Positions 38,501-46,846 of a DNA stretch of 64,000 bases are shown here, piece after piece. Source of the DNA: an uncultured Gemmatimonadales bacterium (GTDB taxonomy: Bacteria > Gemmatimonadota > Gemmatimonadetes > Gemmatimonadales > GWC2-71-9). Each line of letters opens with the position of its first letter. Positions within the stretch are counted from its first letter, which is position 1. The stretch spans positions 288,001 to 352,000 of the forward strand of contig CAWJIM010000021.1 in assembly GCA_963842945.1 (NCBI GenBank). Reading direction: 5' to 3'. Under the pieces are notes generated by a model. It saw nothing but the letters and a program-made list of their open reading frames with translations, ran no database searches and was not told the origin of the DNA. The position numbers and the translations under genes were made by a program.

Positions 38501-38534
38501 GCTGAGGCAGAAACAGGATCGCTGCGAGAATCAC
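35511..38534 (-). CDS. M1-family metalloaminopeptidase with C-terminal outer-membrane beta-barrel-like region (start uncertain, 38534-38615)
   Basis: YWQQ.V.Y.I, AQWYP, GGTEFP, HELGH-x18-E (WLDEGF), Y.RG; amphipathic strands ending RFDFPF...FSFEQPF. Confidence 0.85.
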   Translation of the reverse strand: MILAAILFLPQQPAAPASNPNPYWQQQVAYEISAHLDEPRGVLSGTEKIRYVNRSPDTLSSFSLHLYLNAFRPGSRWSDADSAEGRRRFNDLQEPNFAFNHVRNVRIGGTPVEPVYPFTPDSTIVRFALPQRLRPGDSVSVDLEWDARPSTVPRRQGRQGRRFDFAQWYPKVVVYDRYGWEEHPLYPAGEFYGEFATFLVDLDVPVDQVIGATGVPVCGDPGWERANRNRSRPIEYQRDYYGPDTPPAACDGAAAGRKIVRWYARDVHHFALSLNPDYRYEGGRNGNVAVHVLYQPGDESTWGGNFAVQRTETALAWLGQLYGPFAWPQITNVHRIEGGGTEFPMMMMNGSVDQGLIVHELGHNYTMGILANNEWREGWLDEGFSSFQTDLFWEVMGRPSTYQETEAGILQLDLEDQSEPPSLVAENYRDFSSYNTAIYVRGKLFFQQLRYIVGDATMHRILQTFYQRWKLKHVDEAAFRAVAEEVSQRDLSTFFAQWLHTTELYDYAVGEVKTAREKPEERGGPAEREDGWLTRVEVVRRGNGRIPVEVAVIAQQDTTVNRVEGLAEREWLTLRTRSKPKEVVLDPRVQTHDWNMLNNRKRLGGWPFLRALLPPPNTDFYFHPYFSTRSRREGLTVGVQPTLWYNDAGGVTLGLRSRDDYLGRFEQNVAMLWGSTGWGVDDDVKDIDFFLRGKNPVVLRGPNLSQTFDAFKIEGRYGAAANLEWSRRAHLTFGPTRSHRMSLRWVAIDDTRYLDPGYYDDVGIVELQFGSGISTESGQWELSARSSLGGGLAYNRDGLAASGRSDLDPFYFNGFIEGIARRDLARGLRLGVRGYLAAGVSDHDAAKQRQVYFQGSDPLSQLYNPFLRSRGALLVREDIHYHSPGGAGVRGVDPRLSTSAIAALNLDVEHDLLSRPESHLFKRVGIALFSDLAQGIGSMSQTPATGTIRFLSDAGLGVRAAHRIGDTEFVTRFDFPFFVSRPELAPDGTAGDEDVAFRWVFSFEQPF

Positions 38535-38693
38535 CGAGGGCTCGAGGTCAAGTGGTCTGAGTACCCCTGTGGGGATGGCCCGCAACATAAATCTCGCCCG
38601 GTGATTTAGCACCACAGTGCGCGGCCATGGTGGAGACGCGGAGGGCCTTTGGGGCTACGGTGGATCGCTCTGGCAACCCGGCATTCGGTATCC

Positions 38694-39146
38694 ATGGCTG
38701 ACACGTATCTGTCGTTGCGGGTCCATCTGGTCTGGGCCACCAAGAACCGGAGGCCCTGGCTCGATCCGGAATGGAGATCTCGGCTGTTCGCCTCTGTGGC
38801 CGCGGTTGTGGCCCGTCGGGGTGGCGAGCTACTCTGTGCCGGTGGCACCCGGGATCACATCCATCTCTACCTGGAGCCTCCCAGCACCCTGGCCCTCTCA
38901 GACCTGGTCGCCAGTATTAAGACCACCACCACCAGGTGGATTCATGAAACATTTGCCCACCGACGAGATTTCCGTTGGCAACACGGATACGGGGCATTCA
39001 GCGTTACGCCATTCGAAGACAGCTACATCCGCGACTACATCCGCAACCAGGAGATCCATCACCGGGAAGAACGGTTTGCCAACGAATACACCTCCCTGCT
39101 GCAACGCCACGGTGTCATTTTCGATCCGGCGCACGTAACGGATTAA
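38694..39146 (+). mobile_element. tnpA: IS200/IS605-family Y1 (HUH) transposase, no tnpB
   Basis: HLVWATKNR, DHIHL, F.WQ.GYGAFSV, YIRNQEIHH. Confidence 0.92.
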
Positions 39147-39179
39147 TGGGGCCGTGCAGATCGGGCGGGGCAGCGGTTT

Positions 39180-39232
39180 GCGGTCCGGAGGACCGCCGAT
39201 ACACAAGAGGGCCACCCTCATGGGTGGCCCTC
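39180..39232. repeat. Two GC-rich REP-like palindromes downstream of tnpA
   Basis: GCGGTCC-GGA-GGACCGC (39180-39196) and GAGGGCCACCC-TCAT-GGGTGGCCCTC (39207-39232). Confidence 0.75.
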
Positions 39233-39303
39233 ACACGTGATGGGAATCGCAAAGCCGCGGCGTCACCAACACACGCGATTGGGACCGCAACGCCGCGACA
39301 CCA

Positions 39304-39840
39304 TCAACGGGATAACAAGTGCCGCCGCAGCTTGGTCATCCGGCGCCGGAGCGATCCGTCGAGCACCCGCTCGCCCACGCGCACGATGGCGCCGCCGAGG
39401 ATTTCGGGGTCTACCGAGAAGGCGGGTATCACCTGTTTCCCCAGCTGCCGGCTCAACGCTTCCTGGATGTTGCGCTTGAGCTTCTCATCGGGAGTCCGGG
39501 CCAGCGTCACGCCCGCCCGGACCCGGTCCAACTTCTGGTCCAGCAGATTCATGTACTGGATGGCCACGGCGCGCAGAATCTGCTGGCGGCCCCGGCGCAC
39601 CAGAGCCTGCAGGAACAGCACGAATTCCCGCGGCGTGTCACGCAGGGCTCCGCCCAGGAGCTGCGCCTTTTCCGACTTGTGAATCCGGGGCGACATCAGG
39701 ATCGCCTCGACTCGAGGGGTCTGCTCCACCGCGGCTGCCACGGCATCGAGCAGGTTGGCGTAGAGCTCGACGTTGCCGCTGCGCTCGCCCAGCTCGAACA
39801 GGGCTTCGGCGTAGTTCCGGGCGACCGTCTCGGTTCTCAA
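39304..39840 (-). CDS. atpH: ATP synthase delta subunit
   Basis: VARNYAEALF, VDPEILGG..VRVG..V.DGS; TTGA overlap. Confidence 0.95.
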   Translation of the reverse strand: MRTETVARNYAEALFELGERSGNVELYANLLDAVAAAVEQTPRVEAILMSPRIHKSEKAQLLGGALRDTPREFVLFLQALVRRGRQQILRAVAIQYMNLLDQKLDRVRAGVTLARTPDEKLKRNIQEALSRQLGKQVIPAFSVDPEILGGAIVRVGERVLDGSLRRRMTKLRRHLLSR

Positions 39841-40370
39841 TGGTTGCTTCCCAGACTGGCCAGATACTCCTGCACGATCTTGCGATCGTTCTCGGAGTTG
39901 AGCCGCTCACCGATCAGCTTCGACGCTGCGGCCAGCGAGAGATCCACCGCCTCGCGCCGGAGCTCGGCCACCGCCCGCTCCCGCTCGGAGATGATGTCCC
40001 GGCGAGCCCGCTCCAGCAGCTCCTCCTGCTCCTGCCTCGTCTTTTCCATCGCCAAAGCCCGCTCCTTCTCCGCCGCGGTTCTCGCTTCGGCCAGCAGCCC
40101 ATGCGCCGCGGTGCGGCCCTCGGCCAGGAGCTTCTGGTGCTCCGCCAGGAGACGGGCGGCCTCGGCTCGATTCCGCTCGGCCTCGGCCAGCTGTTCCTCG
40201 AGCGCGCGTTCACGGGCCTCCACCGCTCCCAGAATCGCGGGCCAGGCATACTTCCTCAGAATCAGGAGCAGCGCCACGAACACCAGCACGGTCCAGATCA
40301 TGAGACCGGGCTCGACCGACAGCGGGCCGCGGGCCACGTGTTCTTCCTGGAGGAGAGCGAGCGCTAGCAT
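39837..40370 (-). CDS. atpF: ATP synthase subunit b
   Basis: PGL.IWT...F..L...L.KYAW..I, coiled coil, AASKLI. Confidence 0.95.
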   Translation of the reverse strand: MLALALLQEEHVARGPLSVEPGLMIWTVLVFVALLLILRKYAWPAILGAVEARERALEEQLAEAERNRAEAARLLAEHQKLLAEGRTAAHGLLAEARTAAEKERALAMEKTRQEQEELLERARRDIISERERAVAELRREAVDLSLAAASKLIGERLNSENDRKIVQEYLASLGSNH

Positions 40371-40380
40371 CTGTTGTCCT

Positions 40381-40453
40381 CGAGTCTGAGGTCTAGAGCC
40401 TAGAGTCTAATGCGCGGTTCGGCACCTAGACTCTAGACTCTCGACTCTCGACT
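40381..40453. repeat. Inverted pair of 7-nt arrays between atpE and atpF
   Basis: (GAGTCTA-like)n versus (GACTCTA/GACTCTC)n around a GC spacer; forms a long hairpin. Confidence 0.8.
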
Positions 40454-40457
40454 GGCT

Positions 40458-40742
40458 TTAGAACGTGATCTTCGACTGAATCAGGAACCCGATTACCGCC
40501 ACGAACAGGGCAACACCTTCGATCAGGGCGGCCGCGATGATCATGGCCGTCTGAATCCGCGCCGTTGCGTCAGGCTGGCGGGCAATGCCCTCAGTGGCCG
40601 AGCCACCGATTCGGCCGATGCCGACCCCGGCGCCTAGCACGGCGAGTCCGGCCGCCAGACCGGCGCCGATGAGACCTAATCCGCGGCCTGACGCCCCAGC
40701 GGCGGCGGCCGTTTCCTGCAAGAGAGCGAGAATGTACAGCAT
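40458..40742 (-). CDS. atpE: ATP synthase subunit c (H+-type motif)
   Basis: GAG.G.G, ARQP, ALIEGVALF. Confidence 0.96.
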   Translation of the reverse strand: MLYILALLQETAAAAGASGRGLGLIGAGLAAGLAVLGAGVGIGRIGGSATEGIARQPDATARIQTAMIIAAALIEGVALFVAVIGFLIQSKITF

Positions 40743-40748
40743 TGTTCA

Positions 40749-40920
40749 CTCCGCATGAGCGGGAGACCCAGAATTCACCTCTGCGCTCGCCAGCAGCGAT
40801 GGCCGACTCTCCCGAACGGCCTGCCCTGGTGTCCCACCATCGTTCCCAAGGGAACAGTGGGCTTCGTCCGCCACTCGGCGGAGTACGTCACGGCCGGTTA
40901 GAGCGCCTCCCGACCAGGTC
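40749..40920 (-). ncRNA. Candidate structured cis-regulatory RNA in the atpB-atpE spacer
   Basis: At least five hand-identified stems, one covering the atpE SD (see findings). Confidence 0.5.
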
Positions 40921-41008
40921 CCTCGTTCGATTTCTCCTTCTTCCACACTCTTCCGCGCTTCCCTATCTTCTTCCCCTGCCCCGCTGCCCCACCGCCCCGC
41001 TGTCCGAC

Positions 41009-42008
41009 CTAGTGCTCCGCCCGCATCAAGCCGATGAACACGGCGGTGAGCAGGGTAAACACGAAAGCCTGCAGGAACGCCACGAATACCTCGAGCAACA
41101 TGACGCCGGTCGCCAGGATCGAGGCTCCGATTCCGACGTAATAGCTCTGAAAGAGGAACGTCAGCCCGAGCAGTGCCAGCACCAGCACGTGGCCCGACGT
41201 CATATTGGCAAACAATCGGACGGCGAGCGCAAACGGCTTGGCCAGCTTCCCGATGATCTCGATCGGCGTCATCACGATGAGCAGCAGCACCTTGAGTAAC
41301 GACCCGCCGATCCCGCCCGGCAGTCCCGGAGGCAGGTAGAAGATCGTCTTCATGTAGCCCTTGAAGCCAAGCGCGCGCATGCCGGTGACTTCGATGACCA
41401 GGAAGGACACGATCGCGAGCGCCGCAGTCACCGCGATGTTGCTGGTGGCGGTCGCACCCCAGGGCAGCAGCCCCAGCAGGTTCATGGCCAGGATGAAGAA
41501 GAAGACGGTCAGCAGATAAGGCGCGTAGCCTTCGCCATGGGCACCGACGTTGGGAAGCACTACCTCCTGGCGGACCCAGAGCGTCATCGCTTCCATTGCT
41601 CCGGGAAAGCCCTTCGGCGGCTGACCGCGTGATTGCTGCCGCACCAGGATGCGGGCACTGGGGATAAAGACCAGGGCGACCAGAACTGCCGCCAGCAGCA
41701 TGTAGACCAGGTGACGGGTGGGGGAGAGATCGAGGTATCGGGGTTGCCCGTGGGCGTCGCGGCCCAGGGGAATCTTCCAGTTGGTGGGCAGGTGGAGCAC
41801 ACCAAACGGGGTCTCCACGTCACTGGCGTTGCCGATGTGGTGGGCGATGTCCACTTCGTTTCGGCTGGCCTGATGCTGGGACTCGGCGGCAACCGCCTCC
41901 CGCCCCACGTCTTCCGCCCGCTCCTGCGAAACAGCCGGAGACGAGAGCCCCAGCGCCTCCGAGGAGGACCATCCATGCCAGAGCGATTGCGCGATTCTTT
42001 CCCGTCAT
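41009..42008 (-). CDS. atpB: ATP synthase subunit a with signal-peptide-like N-terminus; apparent extra G near 41957
   Basis: F.FIL.MNLLGL.P, ATSNI.VT, PFALAVRLFANM.SGH, LE.FVAFLQAFVF; ATG at 42008 joins the main frame if one G is removed. Confidence 0.92.
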
Positions 42009-42009
42009 C

Positions 42010-42372
42010 TCACTTCAACCTGGAATGTTCCCGAACCGCCGTTACCGCCTCGACCAGGAGCAGTGCCAGCAGGGTCGCCACCAGCGTCAGAAGCAGGGCG
42101 CCTGCGTCCCAGCGGTATACTCGGGCCAGGACCAGCGCTGCCAGGGCGACTACGACAATGCGGATGATCATGCCACCCACCCAGACCAGCTGGAACTTCT
42201 CGGTTCCGATGCTTCGAAGCGTCCACCAACCCAGGGGAGCCTGAACCAGCAGTGCCATCAGCACGCCGGCCCCGACCTCGTGCTGGGAGCCGGGAGGCGC
42301 TACGGCGGCTGCGATTGCGCCCACCATGCCCACGATGAGCAGGCCGAGCAGATACCGGCCCCGCCCGCTCAG
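42010..42372 (-). CDS. AtpI-like membrane protein (possible CTG start)
   Basis: Four hydrophobic helices, G..IRI motif, position between atpZ and atpB. Confidence 0.7.
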   Translation of the reverse strand: MSGRGRYLLGLLIVGMVGAIAAAVAPPGSQHEVGAGVLMALLVQAPLGWWTLRSIGTEKFQLVWVGGMIIRIVVVALAALVLARVYRWDAGALLLTLVATLLALLLVEAVTAVREHSRLK

Positions 42373-42590
42373 TCGCCCTGATCCTTCTCTTTAAGAGAGC
42401 GGATCAGCCAATACATTGTGCCGCCGAACCCAACGAAGGCGAAGATCACCGTCAAGAGTCCGCCGGTAGCGAAGCGGCGATCGGCCCATTGCCCGATCCA
42501 CACGAAAACCAGCAGGCTCACCGCGAGCTGCACGCCGAGCCCGGCGTAGCGCATCCCCGTGCCCCGCTTCTCCGGTTCAGGGGTTTTCAC
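42369..42590 (-). CDS. AtpZ/AtpI family (ATPase gene 1) protein
   Basis: Y.GLG.QL......WIG.W.D.RF.T, two TM helices. Confidence 0.85.
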   Translation of the reverse strand: MKTPEPEKRGTGMRYAGLGVQLAVSLLVFVWIGQWADRRFATGGLLTVIFAFVGFGGTMYWLIRSLKEKDQGD

Positions 42591-42607
42591 GGCGCAAACC
42601 TACCCGC

Positions 42608-42625
42608 TTGTGAAATTTTTCGCAA
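42608..42625. promoter_or_regulatory. Rex-like operator upstream of the atp operon
   Basis: TTGTGAA-ATTT-TTCGCAA versus consensus TTGTGAA-N4-TTCACAA (1 mismatch). Confidence 0.7.
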
Positions 42626-42713
42626 GCAAATTCTCCTGCGTCAGAATGGCATCTGCTAGCGCTGTTCCCTCGGTCCCGGTTAAATCTCACCTCATGAACC
42701 TCATTCAACGCTC

Positions 42714-43727
<1,014 letters not shown>

Positions 43728-43781
43728 CAGCGGGGCAGCGGGGCAGCGGGGCAGCGGGGCAGCGGGGCAGCGGGGCAGCGG
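43728..43781 (+). repeat. Perfect 8-nt tandem array (CAGCGGGG)6 plus a partial unit, starting at the MoxR stop
   Basis: Read directly; degenerate opposite-orientation copies at 43864-43888. Confidence 0.92.
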
Positions 43782-43806
43782 AAATAGCATCACTGACAAA
43801 AAGAGA

Positions 43807-43831
43807 AAGCCCGGCCGCTATGGTCGGGCTT
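43807..43831. terminator. Terminator hairpin between convergent genes
   Basis: AAGCCCGGCC-GCTAT-GGTCGGGCTT with a T-run on the minus strand. Confidence 0.7.
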
Positions 43832-43892
43832 CTCGTGTTCAACTCACTTCCTATCTCAGCCTACTGCCCCGCCGCCCGCTGCGCCGCTCTCA

Positions 43893-45002
43893 TCATGCCT
43901 GGTCGAATAACGCTCCAACCGGGGCCAGCATCTGATCGAAGGAGACAAAGGCATTCGCCTGCAGCTCGAAAACCCCGTCGAGCGCCTGCAGCTCGTCATC
44001 CGTGAGCGGCGTCCCATCGCTCCGGACGATCGTCGTGGTGGTGCCGTCGGTGGTAATCGTGGCGAAGGCATGCCCATTGACCAGGATATTGAACGTCCCG
44101 GTGGTATCGGTGAACTGACCGGTCATGGTGATGGTGCCGTTGGGGCCGGCCATGACCAGGTTCACGTTGATGGGACTGTTCTGCTGGCTCACGTCACTCA
44201 CGTTGACGCTGAGATCGATCGAGACATCGCGCTGGGGCAGATCCAGCGAGTAGGTCAGGGTCAGGCCGGCGGTAAAGGTGATGGTCGACCGCAGGTTGAT
44301 GTTCGCCTGGGTGGTTCCATCGGTTACCATGCCGATCACCGTGACCCGGCCACTCGAGGTTCCGCTGGTCGCGGTGACGGTGTAATCCACGTAGGTCGTC
44401 CCGCCCGACACCACCAGCACCCGCGCGGCCTGGGTGGTGCCGCCGCTGAGATCGATCAGATCGACGTGTCCGGTCTCGACCAGTGGCTCGACCGGGATGT
44501 AGCTCACCGGATCCACCGCATACACGATGAAGCGGACCCCGTTGTTCGGAGCGCCGGTCAGATCCGAGAGGACGTACGCCTGGGTGCTGGGATCATAGAC
44601 AAAGGTCTTACCCGCGACTTCAGCGGGGACCGCCGCGGCCGCGACCCGGCCCGACTGCAGCGAAGCTCCCTGCCGGCGCTGGAGCATGGCGCCCAGTCGC
44701 TGCGCGCTTCGAACCGCCGCCGCGCGCATGCCCTGCGCGTTCTTGCCGCGGACGTCGATCGCCGCCACCGACGAGGAGATGATCGGCGAGCCGCCCAGGG
44801 CGGCGTCGAACATCACGCTGAAGGTCGAGAAGCTCGCGAACGCGTCCGAGCCAAAGGTCGAGTTCATCGCCTGAAGATCAGTCGAGGTGCCGGTCGGGTT
44901 GAACGGCGCATCCGGAGTCGATCCGCCTTCGCAACCGGCCAGTACGACCGACACCAACGCCACCGTCACGACAGATCGCTTGGCGAATTGCAGCACGCGC
45001 AT
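43893..45002 (-). CDS. Hypothetical lipoprotein, beta-rich
   Basis: GGAGG SD; lipobox LAGC; Thr/Ser-rich beta strands. Confidence 0.78.
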   Translation of the reverse strand: MRVLQFAKRSVVTVALVSVVLAGCEGGSTPDAPFNPTGTSTDLQAMNSTFGSDAFASFSTFSVMFDAALGGSPIISSSVAAIDVRGKNAQGMRAAAVRSAQRLGAMLQRRQGASLQSGRVAAAAVPAEVAGKTFVYDPSTQAYVLSDLTGAPNNGVRFIVYAVDPVSYIPVEPLVETGHVDLIDLSGGTTQAARVLVVSGGTTYVDYTVTATSGTSSGRVTVIGMVTDGTTQANINLRSTITFTAGLTLTYSLDLPQRDVSIDLSVNVSDVSQQNSPINVNLVMAGPNGTITMTGQFTDTTGTFNILVNGHAFATITTDGTTTTIVRSDGTPLTDDELQALDGVFELQANAFVSFDQMLAPVGALFDQA

Positions 45003-45161
45003 GGGTTCCGCCTCCATCAGGAGTGAGCAGTTGAGGGCGGCCCGTGCGTTGAGACGCGGGTCGAAAGCCGCCAAATCACCGACAGAAATGCTCTTGGGGG
45101 TGTCCCCAGGCCCTGCACTCTTCGCGCAGCGGCCCGGGACTGGGGCGGGATCAGGCAACGG

Positions 45162-46766
45162 CTATGCCAGCGTTTGCATTTCCTCTCTGGGTTCCACGGG
45201 AAATCCTTCGGCCTGCCAGGCTGCCCAGCCTCCTACCAAGGCTCGGGCCCGGGGCCATCCTCCCGCTCGAAGCTCTCGCGCCACCCGGGCGCTTGTGGCT
45301 TCGTCCTTTCACGCACAGTAGAGCACTACCGTGGCGTGATGGTCGAGCCCCAGTTGACGGGCTCGTCGGACCGCATCGTCAGGCGGAAGACGTATGGCGC
45401 CGCGAGCGATGAGTTTGTCCGCCGAGAAGCTGCGGTCGGTGCGGACGTCGGCCAGGATCACCGGCGCGCCGGCCTCCTGCAGCTGCCGCAGCTCGTCCAG
45501 GGTGATGCGCTCGGGTACCTGGATCTTCAGATCCGGCTCGGTAGTCACCGGAGCGCTGGTAACCGCCGCCGGCTCGGCGACCTGCCCTTCGCTCTTGCGG
45601 AGGAAGATCGCGATGCCGGTGCCGTGCAGCAGCACGGACAGCAGGACCACCAGGCAGGTAATGACGAAGAGGCGCTCGCTTCCGGGCGCCCCGGCAAACA
45701 CCGGCAGCAGGACCAGCAGAAGGGAGCTCAAGCCCCGCGGTCCGGCCCAGGCAAGGATGCGGCGCGTTTTCCGCTCCACCCCGAGACGGCCCAGGACCGG
45801 CAGCAGGACCGCTGTCCGAGCCAGCAGCGCGACACCCGCGAACGCCAGTGTGGGTAGATCGACGGCGCCAAGGCCGCTCCAGATCAGGCCTGCGCCGAAG
45901 GCGACAAAGGTGAACAGCAGGAACATCTCCGCCGTCGCCTGACCGTAGTCGAGGAAGCAGTCACAGAGCTCCACGTCGAGCCGGGCGATCACCACACCGG
46001 CCGCGAAGGCCGCCAAAAATCCGCTACCGCCCACTGACTCCGCGGCAGCATAGGCGGTGAACGCCACGCCCAGCGCGTATAGCGATTCGTAGTCCCGCCG
46101 CACGCTCACCCGCTTTCGCACCTGTTCCAGCAGCGTGATGGCGACATAGCCGATCAGGGCACCGAGGAGAGGCCCCAGGAGAAAGAGCCCCACCGCGTGC
46201 CGGCCCAGCTCGGACTCGAGGTCGGTATCGGAGTGGAGCGCCAGCATGCCGAGCACCACGATGGGGAGCAACACCACATCGTTGATCCCACCCTCCAGGC
46301 GTAGCGCCTCGCGGGCCGCTGGGGGAAGGCTGGAGCGCCGGGTCAGACTCCTCAGCATCACCGGATCGGTGGAGGCCAGAGCCGCGCCCAGAATCAGCGA
46401 ACGAATCACTCCCAGATCGAGCAGCAGCCAGGCCGCTAGCGCGATGAGTACCGCGGGAATCAGCGTTGCCGGACCGAGGATCGTCAGCAGGAGCCGGCGG
46501 GGCCGGCGGATCTCGCTGAAGTCCAGCGCGATCGCGTCGGTGAACAGCACCAGCACCAGGCCGAGCGTCGCGATCCACTGGAGGGTGGGTGAGGCCAGCG
46601 TAAGCTCGACCAGATTCAAGCCCTGCGGGCCGACGATGACCCCGAGCAGGAGGAAGATCGCGACCTGGGAAACTCCAGTCCGCTCCACCAATCCGGACAG
46701 GAGCGAGGAGACCAGGATGACGATCCCGATCAGGGCGAGCGCGGGCGCTAAAGATTCGGCAGCCAT
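45162..46766 (-). CDS. CPA1 (NhaP-like) cation:proton antiporter fused to a rhodanese domain; in-frame TGA at 45309-45311 predicted as selenocysteine (534 aa)
   Basis: LASTDPV, EGGINDV, SGFLAAF, GPRGL.S; rhodanese I...EL...ADVR...GAI...VVLYCA-TGA-KDEATSARVA..L..GGW.AW...G.PVE ending in TAG at 45162. Confidence 0.85.
45268..45303 (-). promoter_or_regulatory. Candidate bacterial SECIS element
   Basis: UGA-AAGGA-CGAAGC-CACAA-GCGCC-CGGGU-GGCGC-GAGA-GCUUCG: two-tier stem, G-containing apical loop starting 22 nt after the UGA. Confidence 0.72.
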
Positions 46767-46846
46767 GCGCGAAGTATGCTGTCAGCAGGAAGTCATTGCG
46801 AGGGCAAGGTCATTGCGAGCCCGCGGAGAGCGGGCTAACCTCGCCC

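Noticed and set aside
40458..40742. Na+-translocating ATP synthase, given the nearby antiporters
   Set aside because: Subunit c has IEGVALF and lacks the Q...E(S/T)..Y sodium signature
43728..43781. CRISPR array
   Set aside because: Contiguous 8-nt units with no spacers; no cas genes in the window
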